Notes: generated from the sequence alone by a model not told the origin. Shown: positions 19,553 to 29,422, numbered from the stretch's first letter. The stretch is 64,000 nt of DNA from an uncultured Desulfosarcina sp. (GCA_963674945.2 CAXXWQ010000003.1:96001-160000); one strand, 5' to 3'. Numbers and translations are program-made.

Positions 19553-19939
19553 TTACGCTGTTTCCTCGCAAGAGACTTTCACCTTGGTAATCCGTTCCAA
19601 TCGCATTTTCTGAAAATCAAACACCTTTGGAACTCGAAAAATCCGATATTCCTTGTCGAAAGACAGTGCCATGCCGCAACCATTGGCACGAATCACATGG
19701 CCACTTAGTTTGATACAGCTGTTGTGGGTCGTTCCGAACAATTCATCGCGCTGAACCAATAACTCGATCGACACCTTTTTTCCAATGGGAAGTTGAAGAT
19801 CGGTCTCTACCAACGCGCCGCCGACACTCACGTTGGAAGTAACCGTCTGGCATTGCACGTTTCCGTTCAAATCGTCCGAAGCAAAGATCAAGCAGGGTAA
19901 TTTCAGGTTGAACCGTCTTTCGGTTCGGCACTCTTCCAT
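19553..19939 (-). CDS. PilZ-domain protein (c-di-GMP receptor)
   Basis: RTERR (RxxxR) and NVSVGG (D/NxSxxG) motifs; AGGAG RBS. Confidence 0.85.
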   Translation of the reverse strand: MEECRTERRFNLKLPCLIFASDDLNGNVQCQTVTSNVSVGGALVETDLQLPIGKKVSIELLVQRDELFGTTHNSCIKLSGHVIRANGCGMALSFDKEYRIFRVPKVFDFQKMRLERITKVKVSCEETA

Positions 19940-20032
19940 GGACGACTCCTTTACCTTTTACGCTTTGTCGATAATTCCGGTTCATCGAAAGTTCAAAAAA
20001 GATGCACGAAGAGCCCTTCGCGGCACTTCCCG

Positions 20033-20379
20033 CGGGTTTTCCGGTCCCAACAAAAAACGATGGTCGGCAAAAATCCCGGGTAAGTTTTCAAAAGGGCTCT
20101 CCGGTCCCGAAAAAAATGCGGTCGGCAAAGGTCCCGTATGGATGTGGAAAAGGGCTTTCCGGTGCCGGATATACCGGTCGGCAAAGGTCCCGGTTGAAAT
20201 CACCCCGGAGTTTTCTGATACCGGCGTGACGCCGGTTGGTAAAAGTTCCGGGTAGAAATTCGGGGTTGGAGGCAGATATCTCGTCCCAATCTTTGTATTT
20301 GGAGGCCAACAAAGTATCCGTGGTGCTTTTCCGTTGGACTTTCTGGTGCCCCTTTTGTCCAAGATCGACGAAATATCCA
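20033..20379 (-). ncRNA. Tandem array of six copies of a candidate structured RNA motif (53-68 bp period)
   Basis: Units at 20033-20078, 20094-20135, 20152-20191, 20205-20251, 20273-20320 and 20335-20379; plus-strand consensus GGGCTTTCYGGTSCC-N(variable)-GGTCGGCAAARKWCCC; compensatory changes between units. Confidence 0.72.
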
Positions 20380-20657
20380 TCGAATGAGCCTTCAAGGGGT
20401 AATTCGATGTATTGTTTTGGACCTATTAACCATATTTTTATATTCTCCGATATCCCTCGCGAGTGGGTTTGTTTCGCTATTTTTTTGCTTTATTTGGTGC
20501 GATCAAAGGTATGACTATATCAATCGTATAGTTTGAAGATGTGGCGATAGTACGGCGTCATGGGTATGAGATTGGTATGAAAAATATGCGTGGAAAAGGG
20601 GTGAGATAAGTTTGATGGATTATAGGTGAGTGTTATAAAGGTAATACCTTGGGATAG

Positions 20658-20673
20658 TGCAAAAAGAACGCCT
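20658..20673 (-). promoter_or_regulatory. Possible sigma54 (-24/-12) promoter
   Basis: Minus strand AGGCGTTCTTTTTGCA, GG-N10-GC spacing; points into the array and the PilZ/VPLPA genes. Confidence 0.45.
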
Positions 20674-21074
20674 TATGCGATCCCTGCTTGTCGAGGATAT
20701 CAAAATTGCATGATACGATGATCGATTAAAATACAATACTTCCAATAGGGACTGTTTTGCCACTTCCCTGGCCCGGCTGCTGACAAAGGCGGTTATCGGT
20801 GATTAAGAATTCAGCACCGCCGCCGACCTTTGGCCGTTTTGACCGAAAACTGAAACTATGCCATTTTGGCGTAGTTTCATACGAGAAAGCTTTGATCAGA
20901 TATGGATGCAGGATGGATTTTTTAATCAGATTTTCGTTAGAGACTATCACTGAGACGAAAAGCGAGTGGCAGAAGGAGTTGAACAGCCTAAGCTTGAATC
21001 GTTTGATACTTGGCCATTTATCTTTGTCGCTAATTTGTCATTTGGTTCTTGTTTTTTTTGATTTCCCCGATCTC

Positions 21075-21776
21075 TTACATGTATCGCGCCACCCACAATG
21101 TTGCTTCCAGACGGTTTTTCACTTCGATTTTCCTGTAGATGTTGAAAATGTGGCTTTTCACGGTGTTCAGACTGATAAAATATTCGGTGGCGATTTCACT
21201 GTTGGTGGCACCGGCGGCGATAGCGATTAAGATCTCCTTTTCACGTCGGGTCAGTTTGACTTCGGCCGTCACAATACTCGCCCGATAGGCCCGTGAGTCC
21301 ATGAGAATTTCGGAAGTGGTTTTACGGGAATACCACAACTCGCCATTTAATATTTTCTTAATCCCCTTGAGGAAGTACTGTGGCTTCTCATCGGCATAAA
21401 AGACACCGCGAATTCGTTTCTCAATGGCTTGTCGTTCAAAGGCAGCACCGACTTTCGGATCGATATTGAATAGTGCAATGGGCTGATCCAGTGGATTGGG
21501 CACCCCGCCAAGGTTGAGTTTGAACCAGATTGCATTGGCATCCATGGAAAAACTGTCCCATAGGATAAGATCAAAAGGGCAGGCTTCATCGCTGCAGCTC
21601 CAATGTTCCATTATTTCAAAATCGCTGTTTTGTTCCATTCCATCGTTCAATACCGCCTTGAGCAAACAGTTCTGAAAGGCATTTTGGCCGACCAAACCAA
21701 TTCTCCAACGGGCACCATCCGGTTCCAAGGTTTGTTTGTCTTCCATTGTGGCGCGTGTCTCAAATTCTGGCAGCAT
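21075..21776 (-). CDS. LuxR-family regulator, VpsT/CsgD-like
   Basis: Degenerate REC domain, GIRGVFY-like segment (RIRGVFY), GELWYSRK, C-terminal LTRREKEIL...TVKSHIFNIYRKI HTH. Confidence 0.88.
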   Translation of the reverse strand: MLPEFETRATMEDKQTLEPDGARWRIGLVGQNAFQNCLLKAVLNDGMEQNSDFEIMEHWSCSDEACPFDLILWDSFSMDANAIWFKLNLGGVPNPLDQPIALFNIDPKVGAAFERQAIEKRIRGVFYADEKPQYFLKGIKKILNGELWYSRKTTSEILMDSRAYRASIVTAEVKLTRREKEILIAIAAGATNSEIATEYFISLNTVKSHIFNIYRKIEVKNRLEATLWVARYM

Positions 21777-21847
21777 AGGTACCTTTCAAAATCGGATGTT
21801 TATGTAAAAGACAATTCACAAAACGTCTGTAACGGGCTTGGGTGATG

Positions 21848-22537
21848 CTATTTCTCAACACCCCGAAAACGGTAGCCAACACCGCGAACCGTTTCGATAT
21901 AGCCGGCGCAAGCTCCCATCTTGCGTCGTAGGTTGACGATGTGCATACCGATACTGGTTACGGCACAATTTTCCCCATGAATCGATTTGGCAATTTCCGA
22001 ACGGTTGAATACCCAGCCGGGTTTTGACATCAGAATTTTGAGCAGTTTGAATTCACTGGCAGTCAGGTGAATGGGTTGGCTTTCAATACAAACCTTGTGC
22101 CTTCGCAAGTCGATGTGCAATCCATTATATCGTATCGTGGTGTCGTTGTTTTTCGGTTTATCAGATCGTGAGCGAAGCACGGCCCGTACACGTGCGGTCA
22201 GGACGACAGGATTGAACGGTTTGGTGATAAAATCAGCGGCCCCTGAATCCAAATACGTTATGATGTCCTGCTCGCTGCTGCTGCCTGAGAGCATCACCAC
22301 CAGAATATGCATCGTATGCATGTTTCCTTTTAGCCGCCTGATTACCGACAACCCATCCATGCCCGGCAATATGGTATCTACGATCAATAGATCAATCGAA
22401 TTCGACTTGACGACTTCCAGTGCCTCTTCCCCGGAATCGACTGCAATTACCTGAAACTTCAACCTGCGAAGGCACTGATAGATCAAATCACGATACACTT
22501 CATCAGCGTCAGCGACCAGTATCAAATCTTTTCCCAT
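21848..22537 (-). CDS. OmpR/PhoB-family response regulator (no adjacent kinase)
   Basis: REC (LLIVDTILPGMDG, ITKPF) and winged helix ending IETVRGVGYRF. Confidence 0.92.
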   Translation of the reverse strand: MGKDLILVADADEVYRDLIYQCLRRLKFQVIAVDSGEEALEVVKSNSIDLLIVDTILPGMDGLSVIRRLKGNMHTMHILVVMLSGSSSEQDIITYLDSGAADFITKPFNPVVLTARVRAVLRSRSDKPKNNDTTIRYNGLHIDLRRHKVCIESQPIHLTASEFKLLKILMSKPGWVFNRSEIAKSIHGENCAVTSIGMHIVNLRRKMGACAGYIETVRGVGYRFRGVEK

Positions 22538-22589
22538 GGATCACCAATCGGAACCTTTATGAAGTAACGCCAACAGATACCAGTGCGAT

Positions 22590-22620
22590 GATAAGATTTG
22601 GTTAGAAACTTGTTAGAAAA
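22590..22620 (-). promoter_or_regulatory. 11-bp-period direct repeats upstream of the OmpR/PhoB-type gene
   Basis: GTTAGAAA at 22601 and 22612, with a weaker GATAAGAT at 22590. Confidence 0.4.
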
Positions 22621-23104
22621 AAATAAAGGAACCAAACTTTGAAAGGAACATTGATTGGTTGTGTTAAAATCGGGTTTGATCCCCGCTACAACCCGAACGA
22701 TGGAGGTGCTGACGTGCTTTTAGATTTGCGTTTCGACAATCGTGAGATGTGTCAGTGAACTGAATGGTTGGATAACATTCCGTGTTGAATTATCCGTTGA
22801 GTAGTCCGATGGTTGATATGCCATGTGAGGACTCTAATTTGGAACGATGTTTTCTCTAAAAAGATACGCAAAAAAAGAGAAATTACCTCTCTCATCAGCC
22901 GTCCGATCAAGTTTAAAATTATCAAATGTTGAAGGTTATCCTCGCTTTCTGCCGCTGAAAATCGCTGTCAACCTTCCCGGTTTCTGAACTTTTTACATGA
23001 GGATTTCTTAAAACGCTCTTTCTGGCCCTAAAAACATCGATTCAAGGCCTGAAAACGGCCCTGTTTTTAACATAACCCCTCGATTTTTTGACGTTCTGCT
23101 TGGT

Positions 23105-23126
23105 CCGACCCTCGGTCGGCTTTTTT
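23105..23126 (+). terminator. Possible intrinsic terminator
   Basis: ccgacc-ctc-ggtcgg-c-tttttt. Confidence 0.4.
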
Positions 23127-23693
23127 GATCCTTTTTTCAATTTTCTCTACTTCTTCCTCAAATGACTATCTGTCTTTATCTCATTCAGAAACCGCGACAG
23201 CATAGGCGACGATAGCGAAAAAGACATCTTTCTCGCACCTGCGGCAAGCCCCCCAGCTCGACTGGAGCAACTTAGGGTCTTTTTTGTCAATAGTTTATTA
23301 TTTGACCTTGTTGAGAATTAGAGGGACATATTTAACTCACACACTTTCCGCAAATTTTGGCAATCAGATGTCATAATAATCACGCCGAAAATGATGATAT
23401 ATCCGTTAAAACATAATCGCTGCTTTTACGTGCTGGCATTGTACAATTAACATGAACGTCATTATACTTGACACGTTACATATTGCCTCCTACGCTGAAT
23501 TGATTGGCTTTGAAACCTCTAAAATCCATAGGAATGGCATGGCAAAAATAATAAAGGACATCTTCAGATATTTCGGTGGTGATGAGACGGCCAAGAAAAA
23601 ACCATCTGAAAAGAAATCTGCAAGGGGAAAGACTTCGAAGAAGAAATCCACTGTGAAGAACAAATAACCTGAATCTAAGCGGATAGGCACATT

Positions 23694-24011
23694 TTAAGTG
23701 GCTCTATAAAAATCTACATCATGATCCTGTTCAGCAAGCATGTACAATATCGACTCAATATTTGATGCAGGACCGCTTATATCGAATGTGCAGTCTTCAA
23801 ATCGGATATCGCCTTTTAACTCAAAAAATCCGAGTTTAACAAAGATGCGACAATTCTGGAACTTTCAATCATTAAACGATCTGCCATCAAGATAGACATC
23901 ATTCCCTACAAAGGTGTGATACTTAATTTGGTTTGGCTCCAATTTTTCCATTTCAATCAGCATGTCATTTATTCTTTGATCTGGCTTTGTTACTATATCA
24001 ATAGGTGTCAT
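23694..24011 (-). pseudogene. 105-codon ORF with in-frame TGA at codon 49 (nonsense pseudogene or selenoprotein)
   Basis: AAAGGA RBS, MTPIDIV...VYLDGRSFND*KFQNCRIFVKLG...FEDCTFDISGPASNI...RAT-TAA; TGA at 23865-23867. Confidence 0.65.
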
Positions 24012-24508
24012 GACGAATTCCTTTCATTGAGGTCATTAAAAATTAATCGTCACCATTCTTGATTGGATAGTATGCTTACACCCTGTCTTGATTCATATTA
24101 TCGTTGCATTACACCACCTTTTAGAACCTTCGATGGTTGAAAATTGCTATGATACCAAATGATCCACTGATTTCATTTGAAAATCATATGGAAAGCAAAA
24201 ATAGGATGGAGCAAATCCAATCATTATGGTTTTAAAATAATTTTATGGAAAATCGAAATTGAAAAAATCATTACAAGAAAAGAGAGAGCTGAAACTACGT
24301 ATGATACGAGAAGATATTAAAAGATTACAAGAACAGCGTGAAAGAGCGCCGGAACCGCCTATCTTATTATATCCACCACAAGAGCGGGATGAACCAGTTC
24401 ACCACCCGGAGGGAGTTCTACCGATTCAAAAAAAATAATTTAAAATAATAAAATTAGAACTTCTTATCCACCCTTTCTTAATGGTGAAGTCCACCATCGG
24501 GTCTATCT

Positions 24509-26695
24509 TCAGTCCGGATTTTCTTTTTCAATATTGCATAACAATGCAGAGTGGGGCCAGCTTCCGATCTCCGGACTGCAGAACTCGTGGTCATCCGGGC
24601 AGAGAAGATTGGCGTTGGACGCAAACACCCTGAAAAGCTCCGGCAGCTTCTCTTCACTCTCCGGGAACCACCATCCGTGCTGCAGGTCGACCATGTCCTC
24701 TCGGATGGAATCCGAAGTCCGGACCTTCTGGCGTATCTTCCCCGAAGGCGTGGATATGACAGCCCAGTCGTCGGCGGCAAGGCCTAATTTTTCTGCAGTG
24801 GACGGATGGATTGTGACAACAGGGTCGGGATGTTTCTTGCGGGCCTTTTCGATCTGTCTTTGCTCGGAATGGTACATGGGCATAAAGCGGCTCCCTGTGA
24901 TGAGAACAAATGGATACTCCTTTGCCAAGTCGGGACTGCCCACAGGAGTTAATACCGGTTCGCGGTACACCGGAAGGGGCGACAGGTTCAATTCCTCAAA
25001 AATCGAAGATTTAAGCTCCACCTTGCCCGAAGGCGTGCCGAAGCCGAGCTTTTCGTATCGGCGGAACTCCCGTTCGCCGAAAATGCCGTACTGATCGCAA
25101 AACGCTTTGAACGTCAGTCCTATGGGCTCCAGGCAGTAATCATAGACCTGTTCCACGGTTTCCCAGGGCCAGTGTTCTTCCTGGCCCAGACGGATGCCGA
25201 GGCCGCGGTAGAAATCGTAACTGTTGCGGCGCTCGTAAAGGGGCTCGATTCCCTGGGGACAAGGCATACAGAAATCCCGGGTCAGCCAGAGTTCCGGCTG
25301 TTCTACGGTGGAAGAGGCCGGGAACACGTAATCGGCCAGTGCAGCCGAAGGGGTCAGGTAGTATTCCATAACCACATAGAGCGCAAGGGACTGTAACGCC
25401 TCAAACACCTTCATTGTATTGGGAAAGGAGAGCAGTGGATTGCTAGCAAGGGATATGGCGGCTTTCACGGGATAGGGTTTGCCGGTGATCATGGCGTTCA
25501 CCACCTCCCTGGCATGGGCCAGGTTGGAGTGCCAGGCCTCCGGGGCGGCCAGGTAGCCTTCGGGCAGTTTTTTGTTGGCCGCCTGGTTTCTTTCCCATCC
25601 GGGAAATCCGAAAAAGGGATAGAGGTCGGCGCCTAGCTGCTTTTTCCGTTGATCTGCGGGGATGGCCGCATTCATCTCGAGGGCTTCCCAATCGATGATT
25701 TTGCCGATGTCCCCTGCCATACTGAGGATTTCCCCGCCCGGTATCTCGAGGTTGCCGGTGATGGCCCGTAAGATGGCCCGGGCACGGGCGCACTGGGTGG
25801 CATTGATGCCCTGTTTGTCCAGGCCGTAGCCCCAGGGAATGATTGCGGGCTTGGCAGTGGCATACATGCGGGCTGCGTTTACGATAAGATCCGCGGGGAT
25901 GCCGGTGATCTTCACCACCTTTTCAGGATGATAGTCCGCCGCGGCGGCTTTCAGGTCCTCAAAGCCGACGGTCCAGTTGTCCACGAACGCTTTGTCGTAC
26001 AGGCCCTCCTCGATAATCAGACGGATCCAGCACAGCATCAGGGCCACATCCGTACCCGGCCGGATCTGAAGCCAGAGATCCGCCATTTCAGCCTCTTTTG
26101 TGCGCCTGGGTTCAATCACGATCAGTCGGGCACCCTGCTTTTTGGCACGAACCAGCTTGGGATAGAGACCGACGGGATCGGAATTGACCGGATTGGCGCC
26201 CCAGAGGACAATACAGGACGCATCGATGAACCCGGGCATGATCATGCCGCCGTAGGTGGCGTATTCGGTGGCGTAGCTCGGGCACATACAGACGTTGTTC
26301 ACCCCGCAGGCGTTCGGTGATCCGAACAGGTTGAAGAACCTGCGGCAGTCCCAATGGTAGGTCCGCTTTGTCCCGTGGGTGAATGCAAGGGTTTCGGCAC
26401 CGTACCTGTCTTTAAGCCCGGACAGTTGTTCCGCCACCTCGTCCAGCGCCTGATCCCATGTCAGCCGCTGCCATTGTCCGCCACCTTTTTCGCCCTTCCG
26501 TTTCAAAGGGTAGTTCAGGCGCTGGGGGTGATGGACATGATCCGGCATCAGTCGTCCCCTCTCGCAGATAAGGCCCCGGGTGACCGGGTGGTCCGGGTCT
26601 CCCTTCACTTTGACGACCTTGCCGTTTTCAATGTGTAGCAAGGTACCGCATCGCGGATGGCAAAGACCGCAATAACTTTTTTTAATTTCGACCAT
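24509..26695 (-). CDS. DMSO-reductase-family Mo/W-bisPGD enzyme, acetylene-hydratase-like clade
   Basis: CGLCHPRC...C [4Fe-4S] motif, NVCMC ligand region, PGTDVAL, TPSGKVEL, C-terminal molydop-binding domain; no Tat signal. Confidence 0.9.
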   Translation of the reverse strand: MVEIKKSYCGLCHPRCGTLLHIENGKVVKVKGDPDHPVTRGLICERGRLMPDHVHHPQRLNYPLKRKGEKGGGQWQRLTWDQALDEVAEQLSGLKDRYGAETLAFTHGTKRTYHWDCRRFFNLFGSPNACGVNNVCMCPSYATEYATYGGMIMPGFIDASCIVLWGANPVNSDPVGLYPKLVRAKKQGARLIVIEPRRTKEAEMADLWLQIRPGTDVALMLCWIRLIIEEGLYDKAFVDNWTVGFEDLKAAAADYHPEKVVKITGIPADLIVNAARMYATAKPAIIPWGYGLDKQGINATQCARARAILRAITGNLEIPGGEILSMAGDIGKIIDWEALEMNAAIPADQRKKQLGADLYPFFGFPGWERNQAANKKLPEGYLAAPEAWHSNLAHAREVVNAMITGKPYPVKAAISLASNPLLSFPNTMKVFEALQSLALYVVMEYYLTPSAALADYVFPASSTVEQPELWLTRDFCMPCPQGIEPLYERRNSYDFYRGLGIRLGQEEHWPWETVEQVYDYCLEPIGLTFKAFCDQYGIFGEREFRRYEKLGFGTPSGKVELKSSIFEELNLSPLPVYREPVLTPVGSPDLAKEYPFVLITGSRFMPMYHSEQRQIEKARKKHPDPVVTIHPSTAEKLGLAADDWAVISTPSGKIRQKVRTSDSIREDMVDLQHGWWFPESEEKLPELFRVFASNANLLCPDDHEFCSPEIGSWPHSALLCNIEKENPD

Positions 26696-27691
26696 TTTAC
26701 ATCCTTCCTCTATTTCAGTTCACCGGATTATATTTCGACTTGAAACAAGATTCGGATAGAAGACCGGCACAATGACAAGGGGCAGCAGGATTCCGAACAT
26801 CGATGTTGGAAAGCAGTGGCGATAAATATCCGCCCAGGGGCGTTCCTTCTATCCCACGGCTGACGCATTTTTCCATCATAGGGTAAGATCATTCAACCGC
26901 GCAAGGGAAAACCCGTTCATGTGGTCTCATTGCGTCGACAAGCATAAAAGTTGACTTACCGATGAACTTGCCGTAAAAAAACCGTTTCAAAACAGGTTAT
27001 TGCTCAAATGTTCAAAAGTTCTGGTAAAAAATGTCCGGCTCGAATTTCCATCAACAACATGTACTGAAAATATTAGGTTTTTTGCCCATCATCGGATTGC
27101 TCGTTGTAACGCTTGCCCTTCTCTTGAACTGCGACACCGGTGATCCATCATCACAAAATGAGAACAAAACCCGGAAACAGATGAAGGATTGCTGCATGCA
27201 GGTAACCGGCCGCAAGTTTATCATTGATTATCAAACTACTCAGCCACCCAACCATTCGGTGATACAGCAAACTACGATCATATTGAACAATACGAAGTAA
27301 CCCGAGGAACAAAGGATACCGGGTATTATCTTCACCTGACGGCAACCCTTTACTATCGTTGTGACAGCCCGGACGTTGTGGCGGTCGAAAAGGTTTGCTG
27401 ACGATGAAAATCTGTGGCGAGGTAATAAAATCGGACGACCAGGCTGCCAGTCTTTTAAAGTTGATCCATATTCTCGGCATTGAAACGACGACCACGGACG
27501 GACTTGCGCGAACCTTGTGCTTACGCCGGAGGACACAACGGTTGGGGCGGAGAATGAATACCTTGCCCGAATCCTCTATTGTCCACAACACTTGTCCACT
27601 TAGGATAGATTGTGTAACGTGTCACCTGTTTGAAATCATCTTACACTTGGCTCGAAACGACATAAACGGCGGTAAAGGGAATTTCATTGAT

Positions 27692-28222
27692 ATGCGGAAA
27701 TTCACTGAAGGCTTGATCGACACGCAGCTTATTGTCAACACGTTGGATATCAGATCAGGACAAACGATTATCGATGCTGGTTGCGGCACTGGGTATATGG
27801 CAAAGATATTTTCACGGGCGGTATCATCATCAGGAAAAGTGTATGCCATTGACCGGGACAGCTACTTTATCGGACAGCTCACTGATGATGTCAAAAGCAC
27901 CAATATCGAGGCCATTGAAGGGGATATTACCAATCTTGATCGAATAACGGATCATTCGGTTGATCTTCTTTTTGCATCAACAGTGATACATTCCATTCCG
28001 AAAAAGAAAATGATAGATTTCGTGAAAGAGGCCAAGCGGTTATTAAAACCCAATGCCGCTTTGGCAATTGTTGAGATCGAAAAGAAGGAAACACCTTTTG
28101 GGCCGGCCATGGAAAATAGATACTCACCGGAAGAACTCATACAAAAGATTTCGATGATGCCGGAAAAAACGATAAGGGTGGGGGAACACTTTTACATGCA
28201 GGTATTTCTGAACGCCGAGTAA
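27692..28222 (+). CDS. Class I SAM-dependent methyltransferase
   Basis: IIDAGCGTGY motif I, VYAID, RLLKPNA, TPFGP; start chosen at ATG 27692 rather than the longer ORF-track start. Confidence 0.85.
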   Translation: MRKFTEGLIDTQLIVNTLDIRSGQTIIDAGCGTGYMAKIFSRAVSSSGKVYAIDRDSYFIGQLTDDVKSTNIEAIEGDITNLDRITDHSVDLLFASTVIHSIPKKKMIDFVKEAKRLLKPNAALAIVEIEKKETPFGPAMENRYSPEELIQKISMMPEKTIRVGEHFYMQVFLNAE

Positions 28223-28756
28223 TAAATAACACAACATCTTGGAAGATTCAAACGATGTCGGATGAATATGTCATTTTTTGGCGCCACGTTTCCATAGATC
28301 TCTAAAAAATACCGGCAAAAAAGAGTTGCAGTATTCGCTGCGGAAAGGATATTTGTCTGAGGCACGGCACAAAGCCCGTTTCTGTGCGGCGGGCGTTCAA
28401 CTTTTCTTTAGGAGGTTGGCCGGACCAGCCACAATGACCCGACGTTTGCCAACCGCAGGGCGGTGTCTTCCAAAGGTACCGGTTTTGGGCACATCATCTT
28501 CCATAGGCTCGGCATCCACAATGTGTGGATTTATAGCCCAGGGCTCTGGGAAATTCGCCTTTTGTGTTGTATCCGGCAACGTATGCATGAGATGAATGCC
28601 GAATAAAACGTTTACCTGGTTATCGAAACCAGTTTTCGGGAACGACCGATGGAATCGAAACCGTCTTATTCGCTGGATGGCATAACCGGTTCGCAGGCAG
28701 TACCATCGCCTTTGACTACTGTCGGGCACACCTTATCGCACGAAAGGAAGTTGAAA

Positions 28757-29422
28757 ATGAGCAAAACCCAAACAGTCTTCAACTTTTTTTCGATCACACT
28801 CCTGTCCGTCATCTATCTTTGTCTGGCGCCCCCCTGCTTTGCTGAAAATTTTACTACCCCCGGCGGCTACATCATTGTCAGTGGATTGACAGGCTTCGAA
28901 AATTTCAAGGACACCGGCGTGGATGATTTCAAAGATGCCTGGGGGCTCGGAATCAGGATCGGTAACAGGTTCAACGAACAATGGTCGCTGGAAGGAGACC
29001 TTGGCATGATGAACGGTTTCGATGCCACCGTCGATCTTTCCGAAATAAATCCAGACCTTTCAGGCACCGAAAAAATTATCCTCGATACGTTGCTTCTGAC
29101 AGCCAACCTCAAAGCCCATTGGCCACTCGGAAGATTCGAACCGTATGCTCTGGTTGGTGCGGGGATCATGTACGTCAGAGTCCGTTCGGCCGATCCTACG
29201 GGCTACGTCTGTTGGCCAAGCGATTACGGCTGGTATTGCCGAGGAACATATTCCAAAATCAATGACGCAGCGGAGTTTGTTACCAAGTTCGGTTTCGGAA
29301 GCGAAATCCACATTGACGACCAATGGGCGATAACCCTGGATTTATCATACGTCGTTCCATATTCGGACCTGTCTGACATGACGTATACATTATTTTCCTG
29401 GGGTTTCCGTCACGCTTTTTAG
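28757..29422 (+). CDS. Small outer-membrane beta-barrel protein (OmpA-like transmembrane/porin family)
   Basis: AAGGAAG RBS, signal peptide, amphipathic strands, EPYALVGAG, C-terminal GFRHAF. Confidence 0.82.
   Translation: MSKTQTVFNFFSITLLSVIYLCLAPPCFAENFTTPGGYIIVSGLTGFENFKDTGVDDFKDAWGLGIRIGNRFNEQWSLEGDLGMMNGFDATVDLSEINPDLSGTEKIILDTLLLTANLKAHWPLGRFEPYALVGAGIMYVRVRSADPTGYVCWPSDYGWYCRGTYSKINDAAEFVTKFGFGSEIHIDDQWAITLDLSYVVPYSDLSDMTYTLFSWGFRHAF

Noticed and set aside
20033..20379. CRISPR array or integron attC interpretation of the repeats
   Set aside because: Units are non-identical, the variable part lies inside each hairpin, linkers are only about 13-21 bp, there are no cas or integrase genes in the window, and no GTTRRRY/RYYYAAC ends.
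19982..20395. 137-aa ORF and other short ORFs across the array
   Set aside because: The translation just mirrors the repeats, has no recognisable domain, and unit spacings are mostly not multiples of three.
22832..23277. Possible IS/MITE remnant (CTCTAATTTG ... CAACTTAGGG ends)
   Set aside because: Only an 8/10 inverted match, no target duplication and no recognisable transposase fragment.
23452..23667. Lys-rich small ORF
   Set aside because: Low complexity in an AT-rich patch; cannot be supported without homologues.
27031..27591. Short hypothetical ORFs and the long N-terminal extension of the methyltransferase
   Set aside because: No motifs; the methyltransferase fold begins near 27692.
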